A stretch of 27,690 nucleotides of DNA from Armatimonadota bacterium (GCA_039680575.1 JBDKSP010000116.1:1-27690); one strand, 5' to 3'; positions 16,856 through 25,411 are shown, counted from the stretch's first letter. Notes: generated by a model from the letters alone, not told the origin. A program made the numbers and translations.

Positions 16856-18739
16856 TCAACTCTCCACAACTTTCTTCTGTTCCCTGTTCCCTGTCAACTG
16901 TTCTCTTGCGCTTAAGACATCTTTGGCTATCTGGGCTTTCAGTGTCTCAAGGTTCTCAAACTTCACCTCATCACGCAGCCTGTAATGAAATGCGGAAGCT
17001 ATTTCCGCACCGTATATGTTACCCTCGAAGCCGTCTATATAAATCTCAATCGACCGCGTATGCATGTCGAGAGTCGGCCTTACGCCGATGTTGCATACGC
17101 CCGGCAGATGCCTGCCTTCGATGATAACTTCCACCGCGTAGACACCGTTACTCGGAACTATCTGCTTCGGTTCCACCTCAATATTCGCGGTCGGAAACCC
17201 CAGCTTACGGCCGAGGCCAAGACCTGAAACCACTCTCCCCAGCATAGTAAATGGATGCCCCAGGAACTTACCGGCAGACTCCACATCACCCCGCTCGATA
17301 GCGTTTCGGACTCTCGTGCTGCTCACCTTCGAACCATGCGCCACAATCGGTTCCACGGTCACTACCTTGAAACCGCGCTCTTTGCCGAGTTCCGTCAATT
17401 TGTCGATGTCTCCGGCGCGTTTTTGCCCGAATTTGAAATTCGACCCGACTACAACTACGGCTGCATTGAGTTTTTTTACTAAAATCCGGTCCACGAACTC
17501 TTCCGGCGACAGATCGGCCAGTGCATGGTCGAAAGATGCGACTACAACCATATCCGCTCCGGCGTTTTCGATCAATTTCAGCTTTTGGTCGAGAGTCGTG
17601 ATGTAAAGCGGCGCTTTGTCCGGCCCCAGAAGCTCCATCGGATGCCTGTCGAACGTGAAAACGACTGCCGGTCCGCCTATTCGCTCGGCCTCGCTCCGCA
17701 GCACGGAAAGAAGCGCCTGATGTCCGAGGTGCACGCCGTCGAACATCCCAATGCTGACAGCGGACTTCCCGATACCCTCCGGCACATTCACCAAACCCCT
17801 TACCGTATGGGGCAGCAAGTCGGATTTGGAAGACGGTTTTGGTTCTGCAAATACCTTTTCCGGTGTTACGATACTCATTTGCCCTCTGGGATGCAGCCGG
17901 CCTATGGCGAGCAGGCTTCCTGACTCGGATTTCACCCGCACCAGCGTTCCTTCGGCTGCAATAAGCTCTGTGGAGACTGCGCTGCCGTGAGCGACCATGT
18001 CTTCCTGATATTTACTGACTGCGACCTCTGGCAGCTCGACCAGCGCACCATCCATAGGCAGGATATACTCTCCAGCATGCCCATCACTTGCGGCACGCTC
18101 CAAAGTCTCTAAATCAATCGAGTTCTCGAGGTCGAACCGGCCTACCCGCTTTCTCACAAGGCTCTGCATGTATCCGCCAACCCCGAGCGCTGCGCCTATG
18201 TCATGGCAGATAGTCCTGATGTACGTCCCGCTGGAGCAGACGATACTGAGCCCGACTGCCGGGTGTTCTCCCGGAGTGAAGCTCGTAATTTCAATCTTGT
18301 GGATGGTAATCTCCCTCGGCTGGCGCTCTACCTCAATGTTCTTCCGCGCAAGCTCGTAAAGCCGCTTTCCATTATGCTTTACAGCGGAAACCATCGGTGG
18401 AATTTGCAGAATGCGGCCGGTAAACTCAGGCAGGACGGACTCGACCATCTCGCGGGTAATATGTGAAGCGTCAGTGGATGCTATTTCATCCCCTTCGGAG
18501 TCCTGGGTAGTGGTAGTGCGGCCAAGGACCATCTCAGCGGCATATTCCTTTTCCTGTCCGACGATGTACTCGACTATGCGGGTCGACTTGCCCACGCAGA
18601 CGACGAGGACGCCGGTCGCAAGCGGATCGAGCGTTCCGGTATGCCCTACCCGCTTCTCTTTAAGGATCCGCCTTATCCTTGCTACTATATCGTGAGATGT
18701 CGGTCCGGCAGGTTTGTTGATGTTCAGGATTCCATGCAT
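16856..18739 (-). CDS. truB-ribF: Fused tRNA pseudouridine(55) synthase TruB and bifunctional riboflavin kinase/FAD synthetase RibF
   Basis: N-half: NKP.GPTSHD, GHTGTLDPLATG, QIPP.VSAVK..G.RLYELAR, CSSGTYIRT, PUA-like domain. C-half: IG.FDGVHLGH, VSSTRVR, GRKLGFPTAN, IGVRPT, LRDEVKF. Single 627-aa frame. Confidence 0.93.
   Translation of the reverse strand: MHGILNINKPAGPTSHDIVARIRRILKEKRVGHTGTLDPLATGVLVVCVGKSTRIVEYIVGQEKEYAAEMVLGRTTTTQDSEGDEIASTDASHITREMVESVLPEFTGRILQIPPMVSAVKHNGKRLYELARKNIEVERQPREITIHKIEITSFTPGEHPAVGLSIVCSSGTYIRTICHDIGAALGVGGYMQSLVRKRVGRFDLENSIDLETLERAASDGHAGEYILPMDGALVELPEVAVSKYQEDMVAHGSAVSTELIAAEGTLVRVKSESGSLLAIGRLHPRGQMSIVTPEKVFAEPKPSSKSDLLPHTVRGLVNVPEGIGKSAVSIGMFDGVHLGHQALLSVLRSEAERIGGPAVVFTFDRHPMELLGPDKAPLYITTLDQKLKLIENAGADMVVVASFDHALADLSPEEFVDRILVKKLNAAVVVVGSNFKFGQKRAGDIDKLTELGKERGFKVVTVEPIVAHGSKVSSTRVRNAIERGDVESAGKFLGHPFTMLGRVVSGLGLGRKLGFPTANIEVEPKQIVPSNGVYAVEVIIEGRHLPGVCNIGVRPTLDMHTRSIEIYIDGFEGNIYGAEIASAFHYRLRDEVKFENLETLKAQIAKDVLSAREQLTGNREQKKVVES
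16877..16904 (+). repeat. (CTGTTCC)-type heptamer x4 inside the 3' end of truB-ribF
   Basis: CTGTTCC CTGTTCC CTGTCAA CTGTTCT; encodes REQLTGNREQ. Confidence 0.7.
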
Positions 18740-19710
18740 GCTCTGACCTCTGCAAGCACGGATTCCTCTGCTTCCTTGAGGCTCTTTCTGATAGTGCAGC
18801 CCGCCGCAGATGCGTGGCCGCCGCCGCCGAACTTACCCGCTACGCAGTTGACATCCACCCCGTCTCTGGAGCGAAGGCTTATCTGGATTACATTCGGCTC
18901 CACCTCGCGGAACAGTACTGCTGCCTTCGCGCCTTTTATACCCCGGAGTTGGTTTACGATGCTTTCCGTGTCTGAGTCCGTAGCGTTATATTTCTTGAAA
19001 TCCTGTTGGGTTATCCGTGACCAGATGATCTGCCCGCCGTCACTTACTTCGAACCCCGCAAGCACAACACCCAGCAGGCGGGCATTGGACAAAGAGCGGT
19101 TTTCGTAAATTTCTCTCGCTGCCTCGCCGGGAGTCGCCCCGTCCATGGTGAGCCTGGATGCGATTTCAAGTGTTTCGCTCGTGACGTTGGAGAACCTGAA
19201 CCCGCCGGTATCACCCACAAGCCCGGCCATAAGCTGCCGCGCGATATTCAAGTCCGGCATAACACTGCAGTCATGAAGAAGGTGGAAGACTACTTCGGCA
19301 GTCGCTGCCGCCAGTGTATCCGTCAGGTAAGCGGTCTCTTTCGAGCTGTCGAGTTTACGTCCTGAGGCATGGTGGTCTATGACAAGATAAGATTTAGAAG
19401 ACTCGATGGCCTCACGCGATGCACCGATGCGGTCCAGCCCATCAGAATCGCAGATAATCCCGATGTCAAAACCTCTTTCATCCGTGGTTGTAAGCACGGT
19501 ATCCGCTTCGGGAATGTACTCGCAGGTTTCCGGGACACCGTCGGCTGAGAGTACTACAACGCGTTTTCCGAGGAGCCGCAGCCCCCTTGCGAGGGCAAGC
19601 GCGGAACCGATGCTGTCCGCATCCGGTCGCACATGCGCAGCAATAGCAATACTTTCGGCAGGGTCGATCAGTTGCCTTACGGCTTCAAGATCATTCTTGC
19701 TCAGGCTCAT
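18724..19710 (-). CDS. nrnA: DHH/DHHA1 phosphoesterase, NrnA-like oligoribonuclease/pAp phosphatase
   Basis: H..PDADSIGS, VIDHH, DTGGFRFSN, SLRS, GGGH..AAG. Likely start ATG 19710 overlapping rbfA. Confidence 0.9.
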   Translation of the reverse strand: MSLSKNDLEAVRQLIDPAESIAIAAHVRPDADSIGSALALARGLRLLGKRVVVLSADGVPETCEYIPEADTVLTTTDERGFDIGIICDSDGLDRIGASREAIESSKSYLVIDHHASGRKLDSSKETAYLTDTLAAATAEVVFHLLHDCSVMPDLNIARQLMAGLVGDTGGFRFSNVTSETLEIASRLTMDGATPGEAAREIYENRSLSNARLLGVVLAGFEVSDGGQIIWSRITQQDFKKYNATDSDTESIVNQLRGIKGAKAAVLFREVEPNVIQISLRSRDGVDVNCVAGKFGGGGHASAAGCTIRKSLKEAEESVLAEVRACMES

Positions 19711-20047
19711 CTTTTTTAATCTGCTCCAGGAGCTCGAACATCCGCATACCGCGTTCGATTGATTCGTCCACCTTGAACTCAAGCTCAGGTGTGACTCTCA
19801 TCCGGACTCGTTTGCCAAGCTCGCCTCTTATGAAACCGGCGGCGCTTTTCAGAGCCTTCATACCGGCCTTTTTCTTCTCTTCATCGCCCATTATGCTGAC
19901 GAACACGCGTGCGTGCCGCAGGTCCGGGGTGATTTTGACATCCGTTATGGTAGCAAAGCCGAGCCGAGGGTCCTGCATCTCTCGCTGCAGAATCTCGCTT
20001 ATCTCGACCTTGAGCAGTTCTTCAACTCGCTCCTGACGCTGTGTCAT
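19691..20047 (-). CDS. rbfA: Ribosome-binding factor A
   Basis: R.ERV, DPRL...TITDV..T.DLRHARVFVS, AAGFIR..LG...MR.TPEL.F..D.SIE. Confidence 0.96.
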   Translation of the reverse strand: MTQRQERVEELLKVEISEILQREMQDPRLGFATITDVKITPDLRHARVFVSIMGDEEKKKAGMKALKSAAGFIRGELGKRVRMRVTPELEFKVDESIERGMRMFELLEQIKKDEPEQE

Positions 20048-20050
20048 GAC

Positions 20051-20332
20051 TTACACAAACTCCAAATTCACGGCAGTTACGGATATGACGGGGTTGGATT
20101 CGATGTAGTCCACAACCTTGTCCAGGATGCGGTTCGCCATAGCCCTGTCATTCGATACGCATGCCGCGCCTATAGTCGCCCGCCGCCAGATATCGTTGTC
20201 ACCGACCTCCGCAACGGAGACATTAAACTTATTTCTGATGTTTTCCAGGATGCTTTTCAGCACTTGTCTCTTGTCTTTAAGAGAGTTTGCCCCCGGAATC
20301 ATCAATGTAACCGTCAATATGCCGATTATCAT
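20051..20332 (-). CDS. ylxP: DUF503 family protein (YlxP)
   Basis: SLKDKRQV, KFNVSVAEV...D.WRRA.IG.A.VS. 93 aa from ATG 20332, located between infB and rbfA. Confidence 0.9.
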   Translation of the reverse strand: MIIGILTVTLMIPGANSLKDKRQVLKSILENIRNKFNVSVAEVGDNDIWRRATIGAACVSNDRAMANRILDKVVDYIESNPVISVTAVNLEFV

Positions 20333-20452
20333 ATATGTTAAAGAAAGGACAGTCACAGGCGTTCGTATCCTGCGTGAACGGTAGTTATACCCGGTTGTTT
20401 TGTAATCAACCGAACCAGTTCCCGCAGCAGAGAACTGCCCTTCATGCTTTTT

Positions 20453-22390
20453 TTAGATCGCTCTTGCTATCCGGCGCTGGGTGAACGCATCTATAATATC
20501 GCCTTCCTGCCAGTCATTATAACCGTTAACAGCGATACCGCACTCAAAACCAGCTGCCATCTCTTTAACGTCGTCTTTGATGTGCCGCAGCGTGTCGATT
20601 TTGGCTTCTTTTATGACTTCGTTATTCCTGATAACGCGGATTTCCGCGTTTCGAGTAACTTTGCCTTCGGTAACGTAGCATCCAGCGACAACACCGACCT
20701 TCGGAACCCTGAATGTCGCTCTGACCTCGGCCTTACCAAGCGGAACCTCCTCATAAACAGGCTCCAAGAGCCCGCCCATAGCGGCTCTCACATCGTTTAT
20801 GAGTTCGTAAATGACATTATAGGTCCTGACCTCGACATGCTCCGTTTCGGCAAGGTCCGTCGTCCTCGTGTCCACTTTTACGTTGAATCCGATTACGATT
20901 GCGTTCGATGCAGCTGCAAGCAGCACATCAGACTCGGTTACATTGCCGACAGCCGAGTGGATGATATTGACCCGGACTTCTTCGTGCTCGATTCCTTCAA
21001 GCGACTGCCTTACGGCTTCCTCGGAACCCTGAACGTCGGCCTTGAGGACGATATTCAGCTCCTTGACCGTGCCTTCCTTTACCTGCCTGAACAGGTCTTC
21101 AAGCGTCAGCCTGCTTTCGACAGCCATTCTTTCGGCGCGTTCCGCGGCTTCCCGCTTATCGGCGATCTGTCTGGCCTCCTTGTCGTCCTTTGTGGAAACA
21201 AGTACGTCACCTGCGAGCGGCGGATGGGACAAGCCGGATATCTCTACCGGGGTTGCCGGACCGGCTTTGAAGACCCGCTCGCCGTTTTCGTCGAGCATAG
21301 CCTTGATCTTGCCGTGGGCTGTTCCAGCGACAACAGCAGACCCTACCTTGAGTGTGCCCTTCTGGACAAGGACCGTGGCAACAGGGCCTTTGCCCTTGTC
21401 GACCTTCGCCTCGATGATCGTACCTTCGACATCCTTCGCGGATGCGGGCGCTGTGAGTTCCTGCATATCAGCGACAAGCAGGATCATCTCAAGAAGCTCA
21501 TCGATGTGCAGTCCCTGTTTCGCGGAAATTTCGACCATAATCGTATCGCCGCCCCAAGCCTCCGGCATAAGGCCGTGCTCCATGAGCTGCTGCTTGGTGC
21601 GGTCGACATTTGCGTCTACTTTATCAATCTTATTGATCGCAACAACAATCGGAACGTCCGCCGCGCGTGCGTGGTTGATCGCTTCAATCGTCTGCGGCAT
21701 CACAGCGTCATCTGCTGCAACTACGAGAATGGCTATATCCGTAACGCCCGCTCCACGGGCACGCATCGCCGTAAACGCTTCGTGACCAGGTGTATCAAGG
21801 AATGTGATCTTTCTATCTTTGATCACAACCTGATAAGCACCTATGTGCTGCGTAATACCACCGAACTCACCAGCGGTAACATTTGTCCGACGGATCTTGT
21901 CGAGCAGTGTAGTCTTACCGTGGTCTACGTGGCCGAGAATGGTCACTACCGGCGGCCTCGGAACTGTCTTGCCTGCATTTTTGGTCTTTGGTTTCGGCGC
22001 GACCTGAGTTTTCTTGACGTCTTTCTGTTCCTTGCTTTTCTTTCCAGCTGCGACTTTGTAGCCGAATTTTTCAGCTATCTTAGCCGCGATTTCCATATCG
22101 ATGCTTTGGTTAAGGCTTGCAAGGATGCCCATCTCTACCAGACGCCGCTGGACATCACCCGTATCGGCTTTCATGGCTTCCGCAAGTTCACGAACGGTAA
22201 TCGCCTGTCCCATCTCAATCGTACGGCTGCTGTCCTTGTTGATTATATCTTTGACTAGAGCCGCTGTTTCCTGGTCTACCAGGCTGGATGGTCCGTCGAT
22301 CTCGACCCCAAGGTCCCGCAAAGCAGAAAGCAGAGGACCAGTAGCTATACCCATATCCTTTGCGAGTTCGGAAACTTTAATATTTTTCAT
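20453..22390 (-). CDS. infB: Translation initiation factor IF-2
   Basis: [55 protein letters not shown]. Likely start ATG 22390 ([11 protein letters not shown]), 645 aa. Confidence 0.98.
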   Translation of the reverse strand: MKNIKVSELAKDMGIATGPLLSALRDLGVEIDGPSSLVDQETAALVKDIINKDSSRTIEMGQAITVRELAEAMKADTGDVQRRLVEMGILASLNQSIDMEIAAKIAEKFGYKVAAGKKSKEQKDVKKTQVAPKPKTKNAGKTVPRPPVVTILGHVDHGKTTLLDKIRRTNVTAGEFGGITQHIGAYQVVIKDRKITFLDTPGHEAFTAMRARGAGVTDIAILVVAADDAVMPQTIEAINHARAADVPIVVAINKIDKVDANVDRTKQQLMEHGLMPEAWGGDTIMVEISAKQGLHIDELLEMILLVADMQELTAPASAKDVEGTIIEAKVDKGKGPVATVLVQKGTLKVGSAVVAGTAHGKIKAMLDENGERVFKAGPATPVEISGLSHPPLAGDVLVSTKDDKEARQIADKREAAERAERMAVESRLTLEDLFRQVKEGTVKELNIVLKADVQGSEEAVRQSLEGIEHEEVRVNIIHSAVGNVTESDVLLAAASNAIVIGFNVKVDTRTTDLAETEHVEVRTYNVIYELINDVRAAMGGLLEPVYEEVPLGKAEVRATFRVPKVGVVAGCYVTEGKVTRNAEIRVIRNNEVIKEAKIDTLRHIKDDVKEMAAGFECGIAVNGYNDWQEGDIIDAFTQRRIARAI

Positions 22391-22531
22391 AAAGGCTTTC
22401 TCACACCTCCCACGATCCTCACGGGACCGTTGCGCGCATAACAAGCGGATGCTGCAAATATTTGTAAAAAACCAAGTGCGGAAAAAACGGATCGCCTGTC
22501 CGGGCGGCAGCGTGAGGAAAAGGGGAAATCT

Positions 22532-22611
22532 GGCGGCAAGCCGCCGAAGAGATACTAAACGCTGATCTCAGCGTAATCCTGGCTCACCTTATCGAGCCGT
22601 TATGCTCTTCG
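22532..22611 (-). ncRNA. Candidate structured cis-RNA (three-way junction plus CUUG hairpin) upstream of infB
   Basis: Three nested stems and a GGCGG-CUUG-CCGCC hairpin, read by eye. No family recognised. Confidence 0.35.
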
Positions 22612-22634
22612 TTTCAGTGTTCCATATATTTTCC

Positions 22635-22919
22635 CTACCGCCTGCCGGCTTTCTCGTTCTCCTGCACGGTCCTCTTGAGATCATCAATCAATTCAGCAGG
22701 TACCACCGTGCGAAGCGCCCGCTCAAATCCTTTTTTCTTTACTGCCGCAGTCAAACACTTCTCACTGCGGCAGATATATGCACCACGGCCGGGCTTCTTT
22801 CCGGTCGGGTCTATAGCAACTTCACCAGTCGAGTTTTTAACTACTCTGAGCAGTTCTTTTTTATCATCAGACGACCTGCAGGCAATACATGTCCTTATCG
22901 GCCGTTTATCTGAGCTCAT
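22635..22919 (-). CDS. ylxR: YlxR/RnpM family RNA-binding protein (DUF448)
   Basis: P.RTCIACR, ELLRVV, D.TGKKPGRGAYIC, RAL. Located after nusA. Confidence 0.93.
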   Translation of the reverse strand: MSSDKRPIRTCIACRSSDDKKELLRVVKNSTGEVAIDPTGKKPGRGAYICRSEKCLTAAVKKKGFERALRTVVPAELIDDLKRTVQENEKAGRR

Positions 22920-22981
22920 AATTTACAGCCCCAGTCTAAGGGAGCTCATTTTATCCTGAAAACACGAAAGGGAAGAAAGGA

Positions 22982-23004
22982 ATCCCGAAGCACAATTCTC
23001 CACC
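22982..23004 (-). repeat. Palindromic repeat family A, half copy
   Basis: Minus strand GGTGGAGAATTGTGCTTCGGGAT versus GGTGGAGACTCGTGCTTCGGGAT at 1973-1995. Confidence 0.7.
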
Positions 23005-23031
23005 TATCCCTTATGTTCTCTTTCGTAATAA

Positions 23032-24180
23032 CTATTCTTCTGCCGGATCGATCTTGGGTTCGCCCAGTCCGGGATCAGGTTCGCTGTCGGAGTTATGCCC
23101 ATCATTTTCACTGGGCTCTTCGTCCGCTCCGGCGGTCAAAATCGCCTTTGCAAGCTGGGACTCGCTTCTAATGTCTATTCTCCAGCCCGTCAGTCTTGCA
23201 GCAAGCCGGACATTCTGCCCTGACTTGCCAATGGCAAGCGAGAGCTGACTGTCAGGAACGACTACAAGCGCCGTTTTGGTCGATTCATCGGCTTTGACGG
23301 ACATCGCCTTGGCCGGGCTCAAACTCTCCGCAATAAACTTGGATGGGTCGTCATTCCACCGGACAATATCTATCTTCTCGTCGTAAAGCTCGTTTACCAC
23401 CGCCTGGACTCTTGTCCCGCGATGGCCGACGCAAGCTCCGACCGGATCGATCTTGTCGTCGGATGACAAAACAGCGATCTTGGTCCTCGCGCCTGCTTCA
23501 CGAGCGACGGATTTGATCGTCACTATCCCTTCGACGATCTCAGGGACCTCAAGTTCGAAAAGTCTTCGGATGAGTGTCGGATGGGTACGTGAAACTACGA
23601 CCTGAGGACCTCTAGGCGTCCGCCTGACCTCAAGCATATAGATTTTCAGCCGGTCTCCGAACCTGTACGGCTCCGTAGGCACCTGCTCCGCGGACGGCAG
23701 GAGCGCTTCGACTTTACCAAGATTGATAAAAACGTTGCGCTGCTCTTTGCGCTGAACAGTACCGGTAACAACCTCGCCTATCCGGTCGCCGAAGTCTTCG
23801 TAGACCTTCTCTCTCTCCGCCTCGCGTATGCGCTGGACGACGACCTGTTTTGCCGTCTGGGCAGCGATACGCCCGAAGTTTTCAGGAGTTACCTCGATTT
23901 CTATACTATTACCGACGACTGCGTCCGGGTTATGTTTCCGGGCTTCGTCGACAGTTATTTCCGTATGATCATTTCTGACTTCTTCTACTACATCCTTCTG
24001 GCAGTAGACCTTGAAGCCTGATTTCGCCAAGGTTACTCTGACCCTGATATCCCCTGTGGCGGCATAATTCTTTTTGTACGCCGTCTCGAGCGCTGACTCG
24101 ATAGTCGTGAGGAGCACCTCAAGCGGTATCTCTTTTTCTTTTTCTATCTGCCGAAGCGCATCTAGGAAGTCCTGGTTCAT
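23032..24180 (-). CDS. nusA: Transcription termination/antitermination factor NusA
   Basis: FGRIAAQTAKQV..QRIREAER, S1 domain, LFELEVPEI, AREAG.RTKIAV, DPVGACVG.RG.R, SLAIGK.GQNVRLAARLTGW.IDI. Confidence 0.98.
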   Translation of the reverse strand: MNQDFLDALRQIEKEKEIPLEVLLTTIESALETAYKKNYAATGDIRVRVTLAKSGFKVYCQKDVVEEVRNDHTEITVDEARKHNPDAVVGNSIEIEVTPENFGRIAAQTAKQVVVQRIREAEREKVYEDFGDRIGEVVTGTVQRKEQRNVFINLGKVEALLPSAEQVPTEPYRFGDRLKIYMLEVRRTPRGPQVVVSRTHPTLIRRLFELEVPEIVEGIVTIKSVAREAGARTKIAVLSSDDKIDPVGACVGHRGTRVQAVVNELYDEKIDIVRWNDDPSKFIAESLSPAKAMSVKADESTKTALVVVPDSQLSLAIGKSGQNVRLAARLTGWRIDIRSESQLAKAILTAGADEEPSENDGHNSDSEPDPGLGEPKIDPAEE

Positions 24181-24212
24181 GACACCTTTCTCCCGAACTT
24201 ACTTAAACGAAT

Positions 24213-24239
24213 AAAGAGTGGGCGTGCAACCCACTCTTT
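24213..24239 (-). promoter_or_regulatory. rimP-leader-type attenuator hairpin upstream of nusA
   Basis: Minus strand AAAGAGTGGG-TTGCACG-CCCACTCTTT-ATT. Matches the AGAGTGGG..CCCACTCT hairpin conserved ahead of rimP-nusA-infB operons. Confidence 0.8.
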
Positions 24240-24264
24240 CACGTGCACCTGTATAACAATACGT

Positions 24265-24293
24265 AGTATATCATACGAGGCGCTTCATTGCAA
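24265..24293 (-). promoter_or_regulatory. Sigma70 promoter of the nusA-infB operon
   Basis: Minus strand TTGCAA-17 nt-TATACT with extended -10 TG. Confidence 0.75.
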
Positions 24294-24314
24294 CTTTTGC
24301 CCAGGGCCTCGAAT

Positions 24315-24638
24315 CTACGAAACGCTGATTTCGAGATATTGCTGCAGTCCCAGAATTTCAAATACGTTTTGTACGAACTGGCTGCAGTTCCTTATGGACA
24401 TCACACCTCCGCGGTCACTGACTTTTCTGTGAGCCTGAAGCAGTATTTTTACTCCTTCGCTGTCAAGAAATGTCACATCCTCCATATTCAATATAAGGTG
24501 AGCCACATCTTCTTCCAGCACCTGGGTAAGTGCATCCTGCAATACCCCAGCCGTCCCAAAGTCAAGCTCTCCGCGAATATGCAGAATGGAGCTGCCGTCC
24601 TCAAAAGATTTTAACACCTCAAACGGTGGAACGCCCAA
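24315..24638 (-). CDS. STAS domain anti-sigma factor antagonist (RsbV/SpoIIAA-like)
   Basis: I.GELDF.TA..L, LILNMEDVTFLDS.G, V..VFEILGL. TTG start with AAGGGGG upstream. Confidence 0.88.
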   Translation of the reverse strand: MGVPPFEVLKSFEDGSSILHIRGELDFGTAGVLQDALTQVLEEDVAHLILNMEDVTFLDSEGVKILLQAHRKVSDRGGVMSIRNCSQFVQNVFEILGLQQYLEISVS

Positions 24639-24908
24639 ATTATAACCCCCTTAAGCTGTAGATGGAGATTACTTCACGTACGCCATCCGCACCGTCGATT
24701 TATCGATGATATTATATATGTAACATCAATACGTTTATATGTCAACCACACGATGTAATGACGGCTAAATCGTTAACCGCACCACTTGAGCTTACCCACT
24801 CAGGTATCATCTAAAACGGTAATGGTTAAATAGGTAATGATATCTTTCGAGAGGCATAGTTATCTCCTTTGGCGACTATTTCTCGTGAAGATTCCTCGTC
24901 AAAATTCC

Positions 24909-24938
24909 TTGACATGTTTTCCTTAGGAGTGCTAGACT
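24909..24938 (+). promoter_or_regulatory. Putative sigma70 promoter of the small membrane protein gene
   Basis: TTGACA-18 nt-TAGACT with TG extension. The -10 lies inside an imperfect inverted repeat CTTAGGAGTG..CACTCTAAG. Confidence 0.5.
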
Positions 24939-24967
24939 CACTCTAAGAAGAAAGGAGGGGATTGTTT

Positions 24968-25207
24968 ATGAAAAAACTAGCAAAGGGACAAGTTGACCAG
25001 ACTGTTCTTACTGTAGTCCTCATAGTTATAATTGTAGCTGCGATTGGATTTTTTATCTTCCAGTTAAAAGGAAACTCCTCCGATGCAGGTCAGCCTGGAG
25101 GATCGCCCGCAGCGCCTGCCGCCGGCACAACCGGTGGAGCAGCTCCCGCACCGCCTGGTACACCTGGATCAACCTTGCCTGCGCCTGTGCCTGCATCAGG
25201 CAGGTAG
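24968..25207 (+). CDS. Small single-pass membrane protein with Pro/Ala/Gly-rich tail; class III (prepilin-like) signal candidate
   Basis: Strong RBS AAAGGAGG. MKKLAKGQ, then a roughly 20-aa hydrophobic helix and a low-complexity tail; 79 aa. Confidence 0.75.
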   Translation: MKKLAKGQVDQTVLTVVLIVIIVAAIGFFIFQLKGNSSDAGQPGGSPAAPAAGTTGGAAPAPPGTPGSTLPAPVPASGR

Positions 25208-25220
25208 TACCTTCGGTTTT

Positions 25221-25249
25221 TTGACACTGCCTTTTGCATGTGATAAACT
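25221..25249 (+). promoter_or_regulatory. Sigma70 promoter of thiE-thiC
   Basis: TTGACA-17 nt-TAAACT with extended -10 TG. Confidence 0.75.
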
Positions 25250-25267
25250 GCGATTGATGCAAGTCAA

Positions 25268-25357
25268 ACCGCCAGGGGATGCTTTAAAAGCAAAGAAGCC
25301 CGTATATAATCGGGCTGACATTCCAACCTGAACCGGGTGTTCCGGTTGAAGAATGCG
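25268..25357 (+). promoter_or_regulatory. TPP riboswitch-like leader, non-canonical
   Basis: AGGGG..GGCTGA(C)A..TTCC-AACCTGA-ACCGGG.TGT.TCCGGT follows the THI-box element order. It lies between the promoter and a terminator ahead of thiE-thiC, but several invariant bases differ. Confidence 0.6.
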
Positions 25358-25371
25358 AAAAAGTTTATTAG

Positions 25372-25411
25372 AGCCGTAAATCCCGCCAATCGGGTTTGCG
25401 GCTTTTTTCTT
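25372..25411 (+). terminator. Leader intrinsic terminator (expression platform) before thiE
   Basis: AGCCGTAAATCC-CGCCAATC-GGGTTTGCGGCT (12 bp including G-U pairs), followed by TTTTTCTT. Confidence 0.85.

Noticed and set aside
20444..22258. 604-aa plus-strand ORF
   Set aside because: Antisense shadow of infB with no recognisable motifs; expected from codon bias.
12699..22444. Extended N-termini in the ORF track (dapB 12767, rpsO 16659, nrnA 19782, DUF503 20356, infB 22444)
   Set aside because: The extensions overlap neighbours or promoters and lack homology-like sequence. Downstream starts fit family lengths and, where present, RBS positions.
22545..22611. Purine riboswitch call for the three-way junction
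   Set aside because: Lacks the UUUCUAC J2/3 and the CC-containing L3 needed for the loop-loop kiss, and the gene context is wrong. Kept only as an unknown structure.
24909..24935. CIRCE element (GAGTGCTAG right half at 24927-24935)
   Set aside because: The left half TTGACATGT matches TTAGCACTC poorly and the downstream gene is not a chaperone.
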